From: Deinococcales bacterium
GTDB taxonomy: Bacteria; Deinococcota; Deinococci; Deinococcales; JAAFIG01
Direction: 5' to 3'
Assembly (NCBI GenBank): GCA_043778225.1
Contig: JAYWGM010000086.1
Span: 10,956-74,955, forward strand
DNA length: 64,000 nucleotides
Positions 10,137 to 20,334 of this stretch are shown one piece after another. The translations under genes and the position numbers were made by a program. Within the stretch, counting starts at the first letter, position 1. The number at the start of each line of letters is the position of its first letter. The notes below the pieces were generated by a model. The model was not told the origin of the DNA, ran no database searches, and saw only the letters and a list, made by a program, of their open reading frames with translations.

Positions 10137-10385
10137 ATGAGAACAACCGTCCGCCTCAACGATCAACTATTGCGCGACGCGAAACAATTTGCCTTGCAGC
10201 ACAATCAGACACTGACAGATTTAATTGAAAAATCCTTGCGCCAAATGATTCAAGCCAAGCCGATTAAACCCATAGAACTACCAACATGGGATTTAGGTCA
10301 ACCACTTGTCAATCTTGATTTTTCCGATACCTCGGCAATCTTGGATTTTCTTGACGAAGGCATAGATGTTCATTCTCGACGTTAA
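10137..10385 (+). CDS. VapB-like RHH antitoxin
   Basis: MRTTVRLNDQLL N-terminus; overlaps PIN gene. Confidence 0.8.
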   Translation: MRTTVRLNDQLLRDAKQFALQHNQTLTDLIEKSLRQMIQAKPIKPIELPTWDLGQPLVNLDFSDTSAILDFLDEGIDVHSRR

Positions 10386-10788
10386 TATCCTGATTTATGC
10401 GTTTGCAAGCTCGAGTCCAAACCATCTGATGTACCGAAATTGGTTACAATCAGCTTTGGTCAATTCTGAAGTTCGAGCGCCAAGTGTGGTCATAAGCGGC
10501 TTTTTACGAATTGTTAGCAATAAAAAACTTTATCCAAAAGCAGATTTTGCTATGGCTTTGGCATTTTTGGATGGACTTGAATCTCAAACAAATTTTGCTG
10601 TTCTACATAGCTCAGAGCAACAATGGCGGATTTTTAAGAATCTGTGTCAAACGATGCAACCCACAGGTAATGATGTCTCAGATATTTTTATCGCCGCTTT
10701 TGCTTTTGAGTACAATGCAACACTGGTCAGTGCCGATAAAGGATTTGCACGATTTGCTCACCTAAAATGGTTAGAGCCAACTTTATAG
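10366..10788 (+). CDS. VapC PIN-domain toxin
   Basis: ILDVNILIYA, D-x2-IAA, LVSADKGF. Confidence 0.9.
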   Translation: MFILDVNILIYAFASSSPNHLMYRNWLQSALVNSEVRAPSVVISGFLRIVSNKKLYPKADFAMALAFLDGLESQTNFAVLHSSEQQWRIFKNLCQTMQPTGNDVSDIFIAAFAFEYNATLVSADKGFARFAHLKWLEPTL

Positions 10789-11367
10789 ACTCCCTTTGGT
10801 GCTTGGCATATCGTTGTGGGTGACTCGAGTGGCGGCGTAGACAGCTTTTGCCAAGGCTTTGACAATCGCCTCAATCACATGATGGGCTTCGCGCCCAGCC
10901 AAAACCCGCACGTGCAAGGTGACAGCTGCATGATTACAAAAACCACGTAAAAATTCGCGCAGATGGAAAATGTTAAAACCGTTGGCATCGCCAATCACGT
11001 TTAATTCCTCGGGGCGAAACTCGAGGTGCGCCCGACCAGAAAAATCTAGCACCACCTGAGCCAGTGTTTCGTCCATTGGCACAAAAGCACTGCCGTAGCG
11101 CTCGAGACCCGTTTTATCGCTCAGGGCTTGGGCTAATGCCATACCCAGCACAATGCCGCAGTCTTCGATTAAATGGTGCGAGTCCACGGCTAAATCGCCA
11201 GTCGCTGCCACGATCAAACCGACTCGAGCATGGCGCTTAAAAGCATCGAGCATATGGTCTAAAAAACCATGCCCAGTGCTGATGTTGCCCTCGAGTGGCG
11301 CATCGAGGTCTAAGCCGATACTAATTTGGGTCTCGAGCGTGTTGCGGCTGACTTGGGCTTGTCTCAT
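10783..11367 (-). CDS. hisB: Imidazoleglycerol-phosphate dehydratase
   Basis: RNTLETQI, GFLDHML, DSHHLIED, PMDETL, HHVIEA, PSTKGSL. Confidence 0.95.
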   Translation of the reverse strand: MRQAQVSRNTLETQISIGLDLDAPLEGNISTGHGFLDHMLDAFKRHARVGLIVAATGDLAVDSHHLIEDCGIVLGMALAQALSDKTGLERYGSAFVPMDETLAQVVLDFSGRAHLEFRPEELNVIGDANGFNIFHLREFLRGFCNHAAVTLHVRVLAGREAHHVIEAIVKALAKAVYAATRVTHNDMPSTKGSL

Positions 11368-11564
11368 GGGTTTATTGTAACTCGAGATTTGACTGGTTTG
11401 GCGTATTTGATAAGCGTCTTTTGTAGCGATGAACGTATGGCAGGCACGGAACTCAAGCAGCTTAAAAAAGAGAACGCAAAGGGCAACAGAAAACGTGCAG
11501 CAACTTGCTGACTCGACTAGGCAGACAAGCGGACAACAAATAACAAGCAGTGCTAAAATACAGC

Positions 11565-12155
11565 ATGACATTGGCTTTGGAACAAGAAAAGTTAATAATT
11601 TCACCGCTCGAGCTTGCCCCTCGGCGGTTTTCTTTTGCCGAATTTGAACAGATGAGCGAATCAGGATTATTTGCTGATGAACACGTTGAATTATTAAATG
11701 GGGAGATTTTTGTGAAAGGAATGCAAAGACCAAAACACGCTCGAGCCATTCGTCATTTGAACAAGGTCTTTGCTGAGTTATTTACAGGTAAAGCAGTTAT
11801 TTCACCGCAACTGTCCCTGATTCTGCTCTCGCCACCACCCGATTTTGTCGAACCAGACATGGCACTTTTGCAACTTCCAGAAACACTTTATGACGACCGT
11901 AATCCTACCTCAACAGATGCCCTGCTGGTCATTGAAGTTTCAGACACCACTTTAGAGCGAGACCAAAATGCCAAGCTAAGGGCATATGCCCGAAATAACA
12001 TTCCTGAATACTGGATTCTGAATTTGCACAACAATCAACTCGAGGTTAATCGTAACCCAGACGGCGAAGACTACCTCAAGACGCATAAGTATAAAGCTGG
12101 ACAGGTTATTACACCGCTCGAGTTTACAGACTTCCTGCTCGAATGGTGGGTGTAA
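11565..12155 (+). CDS. Uma2 family (DUF820) endonuclease
   Basis: VELLNGEI, EPD, IEVSDTTL, YARNNIPEYWILNL. Confidence 0.9.
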   Translation: MTLALEQEKLIISPLELAPRRFSFAEFEQMSESGLFADEHVELLNGEIFVKGMQRPKHARAIRHLNKVFAELFTGKAVISPQLSLILLSPPPDFVEPDMALLQLPETLYDDRNPTSTDALLVIEVSDTTLERDQNAKLRAYARNNIPEYWILNLHNNQLEVNRNPDGEDYLKTHKYKAGQVITPLEFTDFLLEWWV

Positions 12156-12158
12156 AGC

Positions 12159-13178
12159 ATGATGACTAACACCTACCAAGCGTTACTCGAGGACTTAAAA
12201 ACGCGAGTACAACAAGCCAGAACAAAGGCAGCCCTTGCCGTCAATAAAGAACTAATTGTGTTGTACTGGGAAATCGGTGGGCGCATTCTCGAGGCACAAA
12301 AAGCCAAAGGCTGGGGCGCAAAAGTCGTGCAACAATTAGCACAGGATTTGAAAGCAGCCTTTCCAGAGATGAAAGGTTTCTCGAGAACCAATTTGTTGTA
12401 CATGAGGGCATTTGCATCGGCTTACCCGAATTTTGAATTTGTCCAGCAACTTGCTGGACAATTACCGTGGTTTCATAATTGCGTGATTTTAGACAAATGC
12501 AAAACCCTTGAATTACGACAAACATACATTGCAGCCGCTTTTGAAAACGGATGGAGCAGACCTATTCTCGAGCATCAAATAGAAACAGCTTGGCATAACC
12601 GCACAGGACAAGCCATTACAAATTTTTCAAAAACACTACCAGAACCACTTTCTGACCTTGCCCAGAATTTACTGAAAGACCCATACAATTTTGATTTTCT
12701 GGGATTGCACGACCAAGCCTTAGAGCGCGACATTGAACATGGTTTACTCGAGCATCTTAAAAAATTCTTACTCGAATTGGGCGCAGGATTTGCCTTTGTC
12801 GGCAATCAATACCATCTTGAAGTTGGTGGACAAGATTTTTACATAGACCTGCTTTTTTATCACATCAAACTGCATTGTTATGTGGTGATTGAACTCAAAG
12901 CTCGAGAATTCACCCCCGAAGATGCGGGCAAACTTGGATTTTACCTATCGGCAGTGGATGGCGAATTACGAACCGAAGGCGACAATCCAAGCATTGGCTT
13001 ATTGCTCTGCAAAACCAAAAATAAACTGGTGGCAGAATACGCCCTGAAAAACATGAACTTGCCACTTGGCGTGTCCGAATACCAACTGATTGAAAATCTA
13101 CCTAAAGAATTAAAGACATCTTTACCCAGCATAGAAGAACTTGAAGCTCGACTAGGCAGACAAGAGGACATGGCATAA
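12159..13178 (+). CDS. YhcG/DUF1016 PDDEXK nuclease
   Basis: LYWEIG, KGFSRTNL, KDPYNFDFL, LELGAGFAFVG, YIDLLFYH, VIELK. Confidence 0.92.
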   Translation: MMTNTYQALLEDLKTRVQQARTKAALAVNKELIVLYWEIGGRILEAQKAKGWGAKVVQQLAQDLKAAFPEMKGFSRTNLLYMRAFASAYPNFEFVQQLAGQLPWFHNCVILDKCKTLELRQTYIAAAFENGWSRPILEHQIETAWHNRTGQAITNFSKTLPEPLSDLAQNLLKDPYNFDFLGLHDQALERDIEHGLLEHLKKFLLELGAGFAFVGNQYHLEVGGQDFYIDLLFYHIKLHCYVVIELKAREFTPEDAGKLGFYLSAVDGELRTEGDNPSIGLLLCKTKNKLVAEYALKNMNLPLGVSEYQLIENLPKELKTSLPSIEELEARLGRQEDMA

Positions 13179-13317
13179 TAAGCGGTGTTACACTAACCAA
13201 ATGACGGTTTTTCTCGAATAGAGATTTTGTACCAGCGATTTTGGATTAGCCGAAGCGCTTGGGCTACAAGCTGAAACTCGAGACAAAGTTAAATTCGCAT
13301 TGATATAATAAGGATAT

Positions 13318-14418
13318 ATGAGCTTACAAGCAGAAATTGAAATAGTCAGAGCTACTATCCGAACAGACAGCTATCCAATGTCTATTGGTGAATGGATGAA
13401 TCTTTATGAAAGTGACGAAATAGACATTCATCCCGAATTCCAACGGTTTTTTAGATGGGATGAAAATCAGAAGTCGAGATTTATTGAGTCTTTACTACTT
13501 GGTATACCTATTCCACCGATTTTTGTCTCACAGAGAAAAGACGGGGTTTGGGATGTTGTAGACGGCTTACAGAGGCTATCAACTTTGTTTGAATTCTTTG
13601 GAATACTGAAAGATGAAAAAAAGGAAAACCTTCCTGCTTTATCTTTAGAAAAAACTGATTATTTGCCTTCATTACAAGGTAAGTATTGGCAACACGAAGA
13701 TGAAGCGCAATCTTTTTCCAACACACAACGACTTATTATCAAACGTTCAAAAATAGACGCTAGTATTATCCTATATGAAAGCGACGAAAAAGCTAAATTT
13801 GAACTTTTCCAACGTTTGAACACAGGTGGCTCGAAACTCTCTGATCAAGAAATTAGAAATAGTATTCTAGTGATGCTTAATCCTGATATTTACAAATGGA
13901 TAAAAGATCTCTCTAATAATGAAAATTTTCAGCAGTGTATTGCGATCACCGAAAAATCAGAGATAGAGTCCTATGATTTAGATTTAATTACTCGCTTTAT
14001 TCTACTCAGGAATATTGATATTGAAAAACTAAGAGGTCTTGGCGATGTTAATTATTTTCTGAATAAAGAGATGATTGAAGTTGTGAAAAGTAGCTCTATT
14101 GACATTGCGAAGGAATTTGTGATTTTTCAGGAGGTCTTTAGAACGCTAAATGAGGTTTTAGCTGATAATTCATTCCGCAAATTCAATGTTGCAAAAAGTA
14201 AATTTGGAGGTGGGTTTTTAATTTCCGCATTTGAAGTTATTGCTCTTGGGCTTGGGTTTAATTCTGAAAATATATCAACTAAAAAACCAAATATAGAATC
14301 CATAGTAAAAGAATTATGGTCGAATGAAGACTTTCTAAGATACTCGGGTTCTGGAATCAGGGCTTCATCACGGCTACCGAACAATATTCCGCTCGGAAGA
14401 AGAATTTTCTCGTCATGA
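13318..14418 (+). CDS. DUF262 (ParB-like/GmrS) domain protein
   Basis: PEFQRFFRW, FIESLLLGIPIP, VVDGLQRL, LFQRLNTGG; AT-rich. Confidence 0.9.
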   Translation: MSLQAEIEIVRATIRTDSYPMSIGEWMNLYESDEIDIHPEFQRFFRWDENQKSRFIESLLLGIPIPPIFVSQRKDGVWDVVDGLQRLSTLFEFFGILKDEKKENLPALSLEKTDYLPSLQGKYWQHEDEAQSFSNTQRLIIKRSKIDASIILYESDEKAKFELFQRLNTGGSKLSDQEIRNSILVMLNPDIYKWIKDLSNNENFQQCIAITEKSEIESYDLDLITRFILLRNIDIEKLRGLGDVNYFLNKEMIEVVKSSSIDIAKEFVIFQEVFRTLNEVLADNSFRKFNVAKSKFGGGFLISAFEVIALGLGFNSENISTKKPNIESIVKELWSNEDFLRYSGSGIRASSRLPNNIPLGRRIFSS

Positions 14419-15071
14419 AAATAAGAACACTTGAGCAATTAACACTGACTTTAGATGAAGATTTGGTGTGGCGTAAAAAAGAAATCTCTCTTCTCAAATC
14501 TTTTGTTACTAAGAAGTTCAATAATTCTCAAGAAGATGCACACACTAGGAGTTTAGTGGTTATTACCTACGCGCATTGGGAAGGTTTTATCAAAAATTCT
14601 TCTCAAGCATATCTAAATTACGTTTCAATGCGAAAGTTGCCTTACGCACACTTATCAATAAATATGTTGTCGATAGCGATCAGGAAAATTCTTGGGCGTG
14701 CATTTCAAAGTAAAAAACTGGAAGACCACATAGAATTAGTTGATTTTTTTGATTCTAAAATGCAAGAGAAGTTTTCAGATAACGTTGAAAACTCTATAAA
14801 TACCAAATCAAATTTATCTTCAGACGTTTTTTTTGAAATTCTTTTGTCGGTAGGTATTGACAAAAGTAAATTTGAAGGAAAAAAAAATTTAATTGATGAA
14901 AAACTACTAAAAAGTCGGAATAGCATCGCACATGGTAGTGAATTATTAATATCGCAAGAAGATGCCATTTCTACCAGTGAGACGATAATCCAAATGCTGG
15001 ATTTATTTAAAACTGAAATTCTAGATGCTGCTCAATTCAAGTTATATATGAATTCTAAGGCTAGAGAATGA
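14415..15071 (+). CDS. HEPN nuclease (MAE_28990/MAE_18760-like)
   Basis: [25 protein letters not shown] (R-x4-H). Confidence 0.85.
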   Translation: MKIRTLEQLTLTLDEDLVWRKKEISLLKSFVTKKFNNSQEDAHTRSLVVITYAHWEGFIKNSSQAYLNYVSMRKLPYAHLSINMLSIAIRKILGRAFQSKKLEDHIELVDFFDSKMQEKFSDNVENSINTKSNLSSDVFFEILLSVGIDKSKFEGKKNLIDEKLLKSRNSIAHGSELLISQEDAISTSETIIQMLDLFKTEILDAAQFKLYMNSKARE

Positions 15072-18000
15072 ATAACATTTCTTCCCTTCTAGAGTCGCGC
15101 ATTTTGGTTTTAGATGGCGCAATGGGAACAATGATTCAGCAGCATAATCTGCATGAAAAAGATTTTCGTCACTCGAGTTTTACGTCGGTGCAAAGTTTAT
15201 TTGGCGATAATGACCTTCTGTCCATTTCGCGCCCTGATATTATTCAGGGTATTCACGAAGCGTATCTCGAGGCTGGTGCGGATATTATCAGCACCAATAC
15301 CTTTAACGCCACGGCTATTAGCCAACTCGATTATGAAATGCAAAGCCATGTGCGAGAAATCAATCTTGCGGCAGCACAGGTAGCTCGAGCAGCAGTAGAC
15401 AAATTCCAGAGTCTCGAGAAACCGCGTTTTGTGGCTGGGGCGCTTGGTCCAACGTCTCGCACCGCAAGTATTAGTCCTAAAGTTGAAGATGCAGCTTTTC
15501 GCAATGTCACCTTTGATGAACTGGTCGAGACCTACACCGAACAAGCCACAGCACTCTTGGATGGTGGTGTGGATTTACTGCTGCTCGAGACGATTTTTGA
15601 TACCTTAAACGCCAAAGCTGCCCTGTTTGCCCTCGAGAATCTGTTTGAGGCAAGGGGGCAACGAACCCCGTTAATCATTTCTGGCACGATTACTGACCAG
15701 TCCGGACGAACCCTTTCTGGGCAAACCGCCGAGGCATTCTATATTTCGGTCAAACACGCCAAACCGCTTGCTGTGGGCTTAAATTGTGCTTTGGGCGCAG
15801 AAATGTTCCGCCCACACCTTCGCGCCCTCTCGAGCATCGCTGGCGAGTTTATCAGTTGCTACCCAAATGCTGGTCTGCCCAATGCCTTTGGCGAGTACGA
15901 CGACACCCCCGAGTACATGGCGCAAGTGCTGGGTAACTTTGCCAAGGAAGGGCTGCTGAACCTTGTTGGAGGCTGCTGCGGCAGTACGCCGGCGCACATC
16001 AGGGCAATCGCTGATGCGGTGCGTGGAGTCGAGCCGAGAAGGGCGCAAGGGGCTTTGGTAGGTCAGCGACCCAGCCTGTTAGGTGCATCTTTAGGGTCAA
16101 GACAGGACAGACATAGGGGTCTGTCCCTACGGGATAATGGCGTTGTTGTAGGGGCGAACCCCCATATTCGCCCTGTAACAGAAAATGATTCACCAATTAC
16201 TAACCCGATGTTCTCTGGTCTCGAGCCATTGGTTATTACGGCTGACACGAATTTTGTGAACGTTGGTGAACGGAGCAACATCACAGGAAGTCCGAAGTTT
16301 TCCAAGGCGATTCTCGAGGGGGATTTTGAGGCGGGTCTGGTGATTGCACGGCAGCAAGTGGCGGCTGGGGCGCAAATTGTTGACATCAACATGGATGAGG
16401 GCTTGCTCGATTCCCAAGCCGCGATGGTTAAATTCCTCAGTCTGGTGGCGGGTGAACCAGAAATTGCTCGAGTGCCTTTGATGATTGACTCGAGCAAGTG
16501 GGATGTTCTCGAGGCTGGCTTAAAGTGCGTGCAGGGCAAAGCCATTGTCAATTCGCTGAGCCTCAAAGATGGTGAAACCGAGTTCAAGCGCAGAGCCGAG
16601 TTGGTGCGGCGGTATGGTGCGGCGGCGGTGGTTATGGCGTTTGATGAGGCTGGTCAAGCTGATGATTTAGAGCGCCGTAAAGAAATTTGCTCGAGGGCGT
16701 ATAACATTCTGGTCAGTAATGGCTGGGATGCGACCGATATTATTTTTGACCCGAATGTTCTGACGGTGGCTACAGGCATCGAAGCGCATAACGCTTATGC
16801 GCTGGATTTTATCCAAGCAACGCGCTGGATTAAAGAAAATCTGCCTGGAGCGCTGGTTTCGGGTGGTATCAGCAATGTTTCTTTTAGTTTTCGCGGCAAT
16901 AATACGGTGCGCGAAGCCATGCACAGTGTGTTTTTGTACCATGCGATTAAAGCTGGCTTAGACATGGGAATTGTCAATGCGGGAATGCTCGAGGTCTATG
17001 AAAATATCATTCCAGAACTGCGTGATTGTGTTGAAGATGTGATTCTCAACCGCCGCGAAGATGCCTCTGAACGGCTGCTCGAGATGGCAAATACGGTTAA
17101 AGGCGAGAAGAAATCTGAAACCAAAAAACTCGAGTGGCGTGGTTTTGATGTCGAGAAACGGCTCGAGTTTGCCTTGGTGCAGGGCATTAGCGACTTTATT
17201 GAAACCGATGTTGAAGAGGCACGGCACTTGTTTGCCCGTCCGCTCGAGGTCATCGAGCAACCCCTGATGCGCGGCATGAATGTTGTCGGGGATTTATTTG
17301 GGGCTGGTAAAATGTTCCTGCCGCAAGTGGTTAAGTCGGCTCGAGTGATGAAAAAAGCTGTGGCGTATTTAACTCCGTTTCTCGAGGCGGATAAACTGGG
17401 GAGTGGCTCGAGCAGCGCAGGTAAGGTGCTGATGGCAACCGTCAAAGGCGATGTGCATGACATTGGCAAGAACATTGTTGGTGTGGTGCTGGGTTGTAAC
17501 GGGTACGAAATTACGGACATGGGTGTGATGGTTTCGGCTGAACGGATTCTCGAGAAAGCCCAAGAAATCGGCGCGGACTTAATAGGTTTATCGGGTTTAA
17601 TCACGCCAAGTTTAGATGAAATGGTTCATGTGGCACGAGAAATGACGCGGCTTGGAATCACCACACCGCTTTTGATTGGTGGCGCAACCACTTCTAAAGC
17701 GCATACGGCTGTGAAAATCGAACCAGTTATACAAAGCCCAGTGGTTCATGTCTTGGATGCTTCTCGGGCTGTGACTGTGGCGCAAAAACTGTTATCCTCA
17801 GACCGCGATTCGTACCATGAAACCATCAAAGCTGAGTACGCTGCCCTGCGAATTGCTCGAGCCGAGCGCACGATTAAATTCTTGACGCTCGAGGAAGCCC
17901 AAAGCCGCAAACCAATGCTCGAGTTTGCGCCTGTCAAACCTGCGTGGCTTGGCACAAAAACCCTCGAGTACAGCATCTCGAGCCTGCGTGATTTGATTGA

Positions 18001-18904
18001 CTGGACACCATTTTTTATCGCTTGGGAATTAAAAGGGCGTTATCCATACATTTTTGACGATGCTGCCGTTGGCATAGAAGCCAAAAAACTATTTGCAGAT
18101 GCCCAGAAAATGCTGGATGTTCTCGAGACCAAACTCGAGGCAAAAGCGGTGATTGGTTTTTGGCAAGCCAATGCTGTCAACGACGACATTCATCTGACCA
18201 TTCCAACTGTAGGGGCGACCCTCGTGGTCGCCCAGCCAAAGCCCTATGCCTTTGCATCGGGCGAGTTCAGGGCGGGTATAAGACCCGCCCCTACGATTTT
18301 GCACACCATTCGTCAGCAGCGTGATCAGCGCGAGGCGAATACCGCCTTATCGGATTTTATCGCACCACTCGAGTCTGGACTAACAGATTATATCGGGGCG
18401 TTTGCTTGTACCATCCATGGTGCAGAGCAGATTGCTCGAGATTTTGAACTCGAGTTGGACGACTACAATTCAATTCTTTGTAAAGCCCTAGCAGACCGTC
18501 TTGCCGAAAGTTTAGCCGAGAAACTTCATGCCGATGTGCGCCGCGAGCATTGGGGTTACGCAAGGGACGAGAACTTGACAACTCAGGATTTAATCAAAGA
18601 GCGCTATGCGGGAATTCGTCCAGCACCGGGCTACCCAGCCCAGCCAGACCACACCGAAAAAGCCACGATTTTTGCACTTCTTGAAGCAGAGCGGATTGGT
18701 CTCGAGCTAACCGAAAGCTATGCCATGACTCCAGCCTCGAGTGTTTCGGGCTTGTACTTAGCACACCCAGACTCGAGGTACTTTGCGGTTGGGCGGGTGG
18801 CAAAAGACCAAGTGCAGGATTATGCGCTGCGTAAAGGCATCAGTCTCGAGGTGGCAGAGCGTTGGTTAGCCCCGATTTTAGGCTACGAGCCAATTTCATC
18901 TTAA
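15068..18904 (+). CDS. metH: Cobalamin-dependent methionine synthase, carrying two in-frame repeat insertions
   Basis: [33 protein letters not shown]. Confidence 0.97.
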   Translation: MNNISSLLESRILVLDGAMGTMIQQHNLHEKDFRHSSFTSVQSLFGDNDLLSISRPDIIQGIHEAYLEAGADIISTNTFNATAISQLDYEMQSHVREINLAAAQVARAAVDKFQSLEKPRFVAGALGPTSRTASISPKVEDAAFRNVTFDELVETYTEQATALLDGGVDLLLLETIFDTLNAKAALFALENLFEARGQRTPLIISGTITDQSGRTLSGQTAEAFYISVKHAKPLAVGLNCALGAEMFRPHLRALSSIAGEFISCYPNAGLPNAFGEYDDTPEYMAQVLGNFAKEGLLNLVGGCCGSTPAHIRAIADAVRGVEPRRAQGALVGQRPSLLGASLGSRQDRHRGLSLRDNGVVVGANPHIRPVTENDSPITNPMFSGLEPLVITADTNFVNVGERSNITGSPKFSKAILEGDFEAGLVIARQQVAAGAQIVDINMDEGLLDSQAAMVKFLSLVAGEPEIARVPLMIDSSKWDVLEAGLKCVQGKAIVNSLSLKDGETEFKRRAELVRRYGAAAVVMAFDEAGQADDLERRKEICSRAYNILVSNGWDATDIIFDPNVLTVATGIEAHNAYALDFIQATRWIKENLPGALVSGGISNVSFSFRGNNTVREAMHSVFLYHAIKAGLDMGIVNAGMLEVYENIIPELRDCVEDVILNRREDASERLLEMANTVKGEKKSETKKLEWRGFDVEKRLEFALVQGISDFIETDVEEARHLFARPLEVIEQPLMRGMNVVGDLFGAGKMFLPQVVKSARVMKKAVAYLTPFLEADKLGSGSSSAGKVLMATVKGDVHDIGKNIVGVVLGCNGYEITDMGVMVSAERILEKAQEIGADLIGLSGLITPSLDEMVHVAREMTRLGITTPLLIGGATTSKAHTAVKIEPVIQSPVVHVLDASRAVTVAQKLLSSDRDSYHETIKAEYAALRIARAERTIKFLTLEEAQSRKPMLEFAPVKPAWLGTKTLEYSISSLRDLIDWTPFFIAWELKGRYPYIFDDAAVGIEAKKLFADAQKMLDVLETKLEAKAVIGFWQANAVNDDIHLTIPTVGATLVVAQPKPYAFASGEFRAGIRPAPTILHTIRQQRDQREANTALSDFIAPLESGLTDYIGAFACTIHGAEQIARDFELELDDYNSILCKALADRLAESLAEKLHADVRREHWGYARDENLTTQDLIKERYAGIRPAPGYPAQPDHTEKATIFALLEAERIGLELTESYAMTPASSVSGLYLAHPDSRYFAVGRVAKDQVQDYALRKGISLEVAERWLAPILGYEPISS
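16064..16173. repeat. In-frame composite repeat in metH: 36-bp mini-element plus GTAG-type REP pair
   Basis: 16067-16102 matches nuoC/nuoI copies; REP hairpins at 16105-16130 (-) and 16148-16173 (+). Confidence 0.85.
18209..18294. repeat. In-frame GTAG REP doublet (REPIN-like) in metH
   Basis: GTAGGGGCGACCCTCGTGGTCGCCC ... GGGCGGGTATAAGACCCGCCCCTAC. Confidence 0.9.
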
Positions 18905-18943
18905 ATCGGGAACTCGAGACACAGGTTTGACGTACGATAGACC

Positions 18944-20293
18944 ATGCAAAGATTTTTTCTTGGATTTCTGGTCTTTGGGCTACTCGGTTTAGCCTTGGCG
19001 CAAAGCAACGAAGTGACTTGGTTAAACCAAAATGTTATTCCGATAAAAACCGTTCTGGCACAAAGTGGTTTGACCGACCTCGAGCCAGTTTCGGCTTTGT
19101 TGGGCGAGGCTCGGATGGTTGGGCTGGGCGAAGCGACCCACGGCACAAAAGAATTTTTCCAAGCCAAGCACCGCTTACTCGAGTTTCTGGTCACAAAACA
19201 CGATTTTCAAGTTTTTGCAATCGAAGCCAATTGGGCAAGCAGTTTTGCCTTAAACCAATATGTGCTTGGTGGGGCTGGCAATGGCAAGGCACTTTTGCAG
19301 CAGTATGCCAAAATCATGTGGGCTTGGCGTACCCAAGAAGTGCTGGATTTAATCGAATGGATGCGACTTTATAACCAAACTGCAACTCACAAAATTACTT
19401 TTACGGGTTTTGATATGCAAGAACCAGTGCCAGCCGTAGATTGGTTGGTGGCTTGGCTCGAGCAAAACGCCCCAGACCAAGCCACTCGAAGCGACGATTT
19501 ATTAGCTTGTATTCGCTTTTCTTTAGGCAATATTTTAAGTGTGGCTCGTTATACCGCCAATGGCGAAAATGGGGTGCAGCGTTGTGCGGCACAAATAGAC
19601 ACGGTGCGGCGAATTATTCAAAATCGGCGCACTACTTTTGAGGGCGGCGAGTACCAAACCGCTTTACAGATGGTGCGGGTTCTCGAGCAAGCCAATAGCT
19701 ATTACAAAGCCCGTTTTGTCAGTCAGGATTTACTGACCGCCGTCACCATCCGCGATACTTTTATGGCAGAAAATGCAGCTTGGCTCGAGAAAACCAGTGG
19801 GCAAAAAATCGTGCTTTGGGCGCACAATGGTCATGTCACTTTTAACCCCAAGATGCACTTTGGCTGGAAACCAATGGGGGCGCATTTGCGCGAAAAATAC
19901 AAAGATGCTTATCGTGTTTGGGGCTTTGCTTTTTTTGAAGGAAGTTTTTATGCCCAGTTGCTTGACTCGAGCGACCCAGCCCGCACGATCGTTGCCGCGA
20001 TGCTTGGTTTAGCTGCTAACCCAAGTGTGCAACGTGTACCAAATCCGGGGGTCGGCAGTTTTGAGGTTTTGTTTCGCGCCACAGGGCAGCCAATTTTTAT
20101 GCTCGATTTGCGTCGCTCGAGCCAAACCGAGGCTGCTTGGTTACGCCAGCCACGGCGCTTACAGATTATCGGGCAGAATTTGCCACCGTTTCGTGAACCT
20201 GAACCCGATTGGTACAGTTACGAGGCTGTGCTGCCCAACGACTTTGACGCAATTATTTATATTGATAAAACATCGCCAAGTACACCGATATAA
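18944..20293 (+). CDS. Secreted erythromycin esterase family protein
   Basis: VGLGEATHGTKEF, GFDMQ, RD-x2-MAEN, LWAHNGH. Confidence 0.88.
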   Translation: MQRFFLGFLVFGLLGLALAQSNEVTWLNQNVIPIKTVLAQSGLTDLEPVSALLGEARMVGLGEATHGTKEFFQAKHRLLEFLVTKHDFQVFAIEANWASSFALNQYVLGGAGNGKALLQQYAKIMWAWRTQEVLDLIEWMRLYNQTATHKITFTGFDMQEPVPAVDWLVAWLEQNAPDQATRSDDLLACIRFSLGNILSVARYTANGENGVQRCAAQIDTVRRIIQNRRTTFEGGEYQTALQMVRVLEQANSYYKARFVSQDLLTAVTIRDTFMAENAAWLEKTSGQKIVLWAHNGHVTFNPKMHFGWKPMGAHLREKYKDAYRVWGFAFFEGSFYAQLLDSSDPARTIVAAMLGLAANPSVQRVPNPGVGSFEVLFRATGQPIFMLDLRRSSQTEAAWLRQPRRLQIIGQNLPPFREPEPDWYSYEAVLPNDFDAIIYIDKTSPSTPI

Positions 20294-20320
20294 AAAAGTC
20301 CCCGCCACTTTTGGCGGGGA
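20292..20320 (-). terminator. Intrinsic terminator
   Basis: TCCCCGCCA/TGGCGGGGA stem next to an A-run (U-run on the minus strand). Confidence 0.7.
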
Positions 20321-20334
20321 GGCTCGAGTCTGTT

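Noticed and set aside
11368..11733. N-terminal extension of HisB in the ORF track
   Set aside because: Overlaps the divergent Uma2 gene; HisB homology starts at 11367 after a -10 box
14900..15068. Cobalamin or SAM riboswitch before metH
   Set aside because: No intergenic space and no recognisable motif
16040..18300. Inteins in MetH
   Set aside because: Insertions are short, lack intein terminal motifs and are explained by DNA hairpins
18944..20293. Macrolide resistance gene
   Set aside because: Family motifs only; many chromosomal signal-peptide-bearing members are not resistance enzymes
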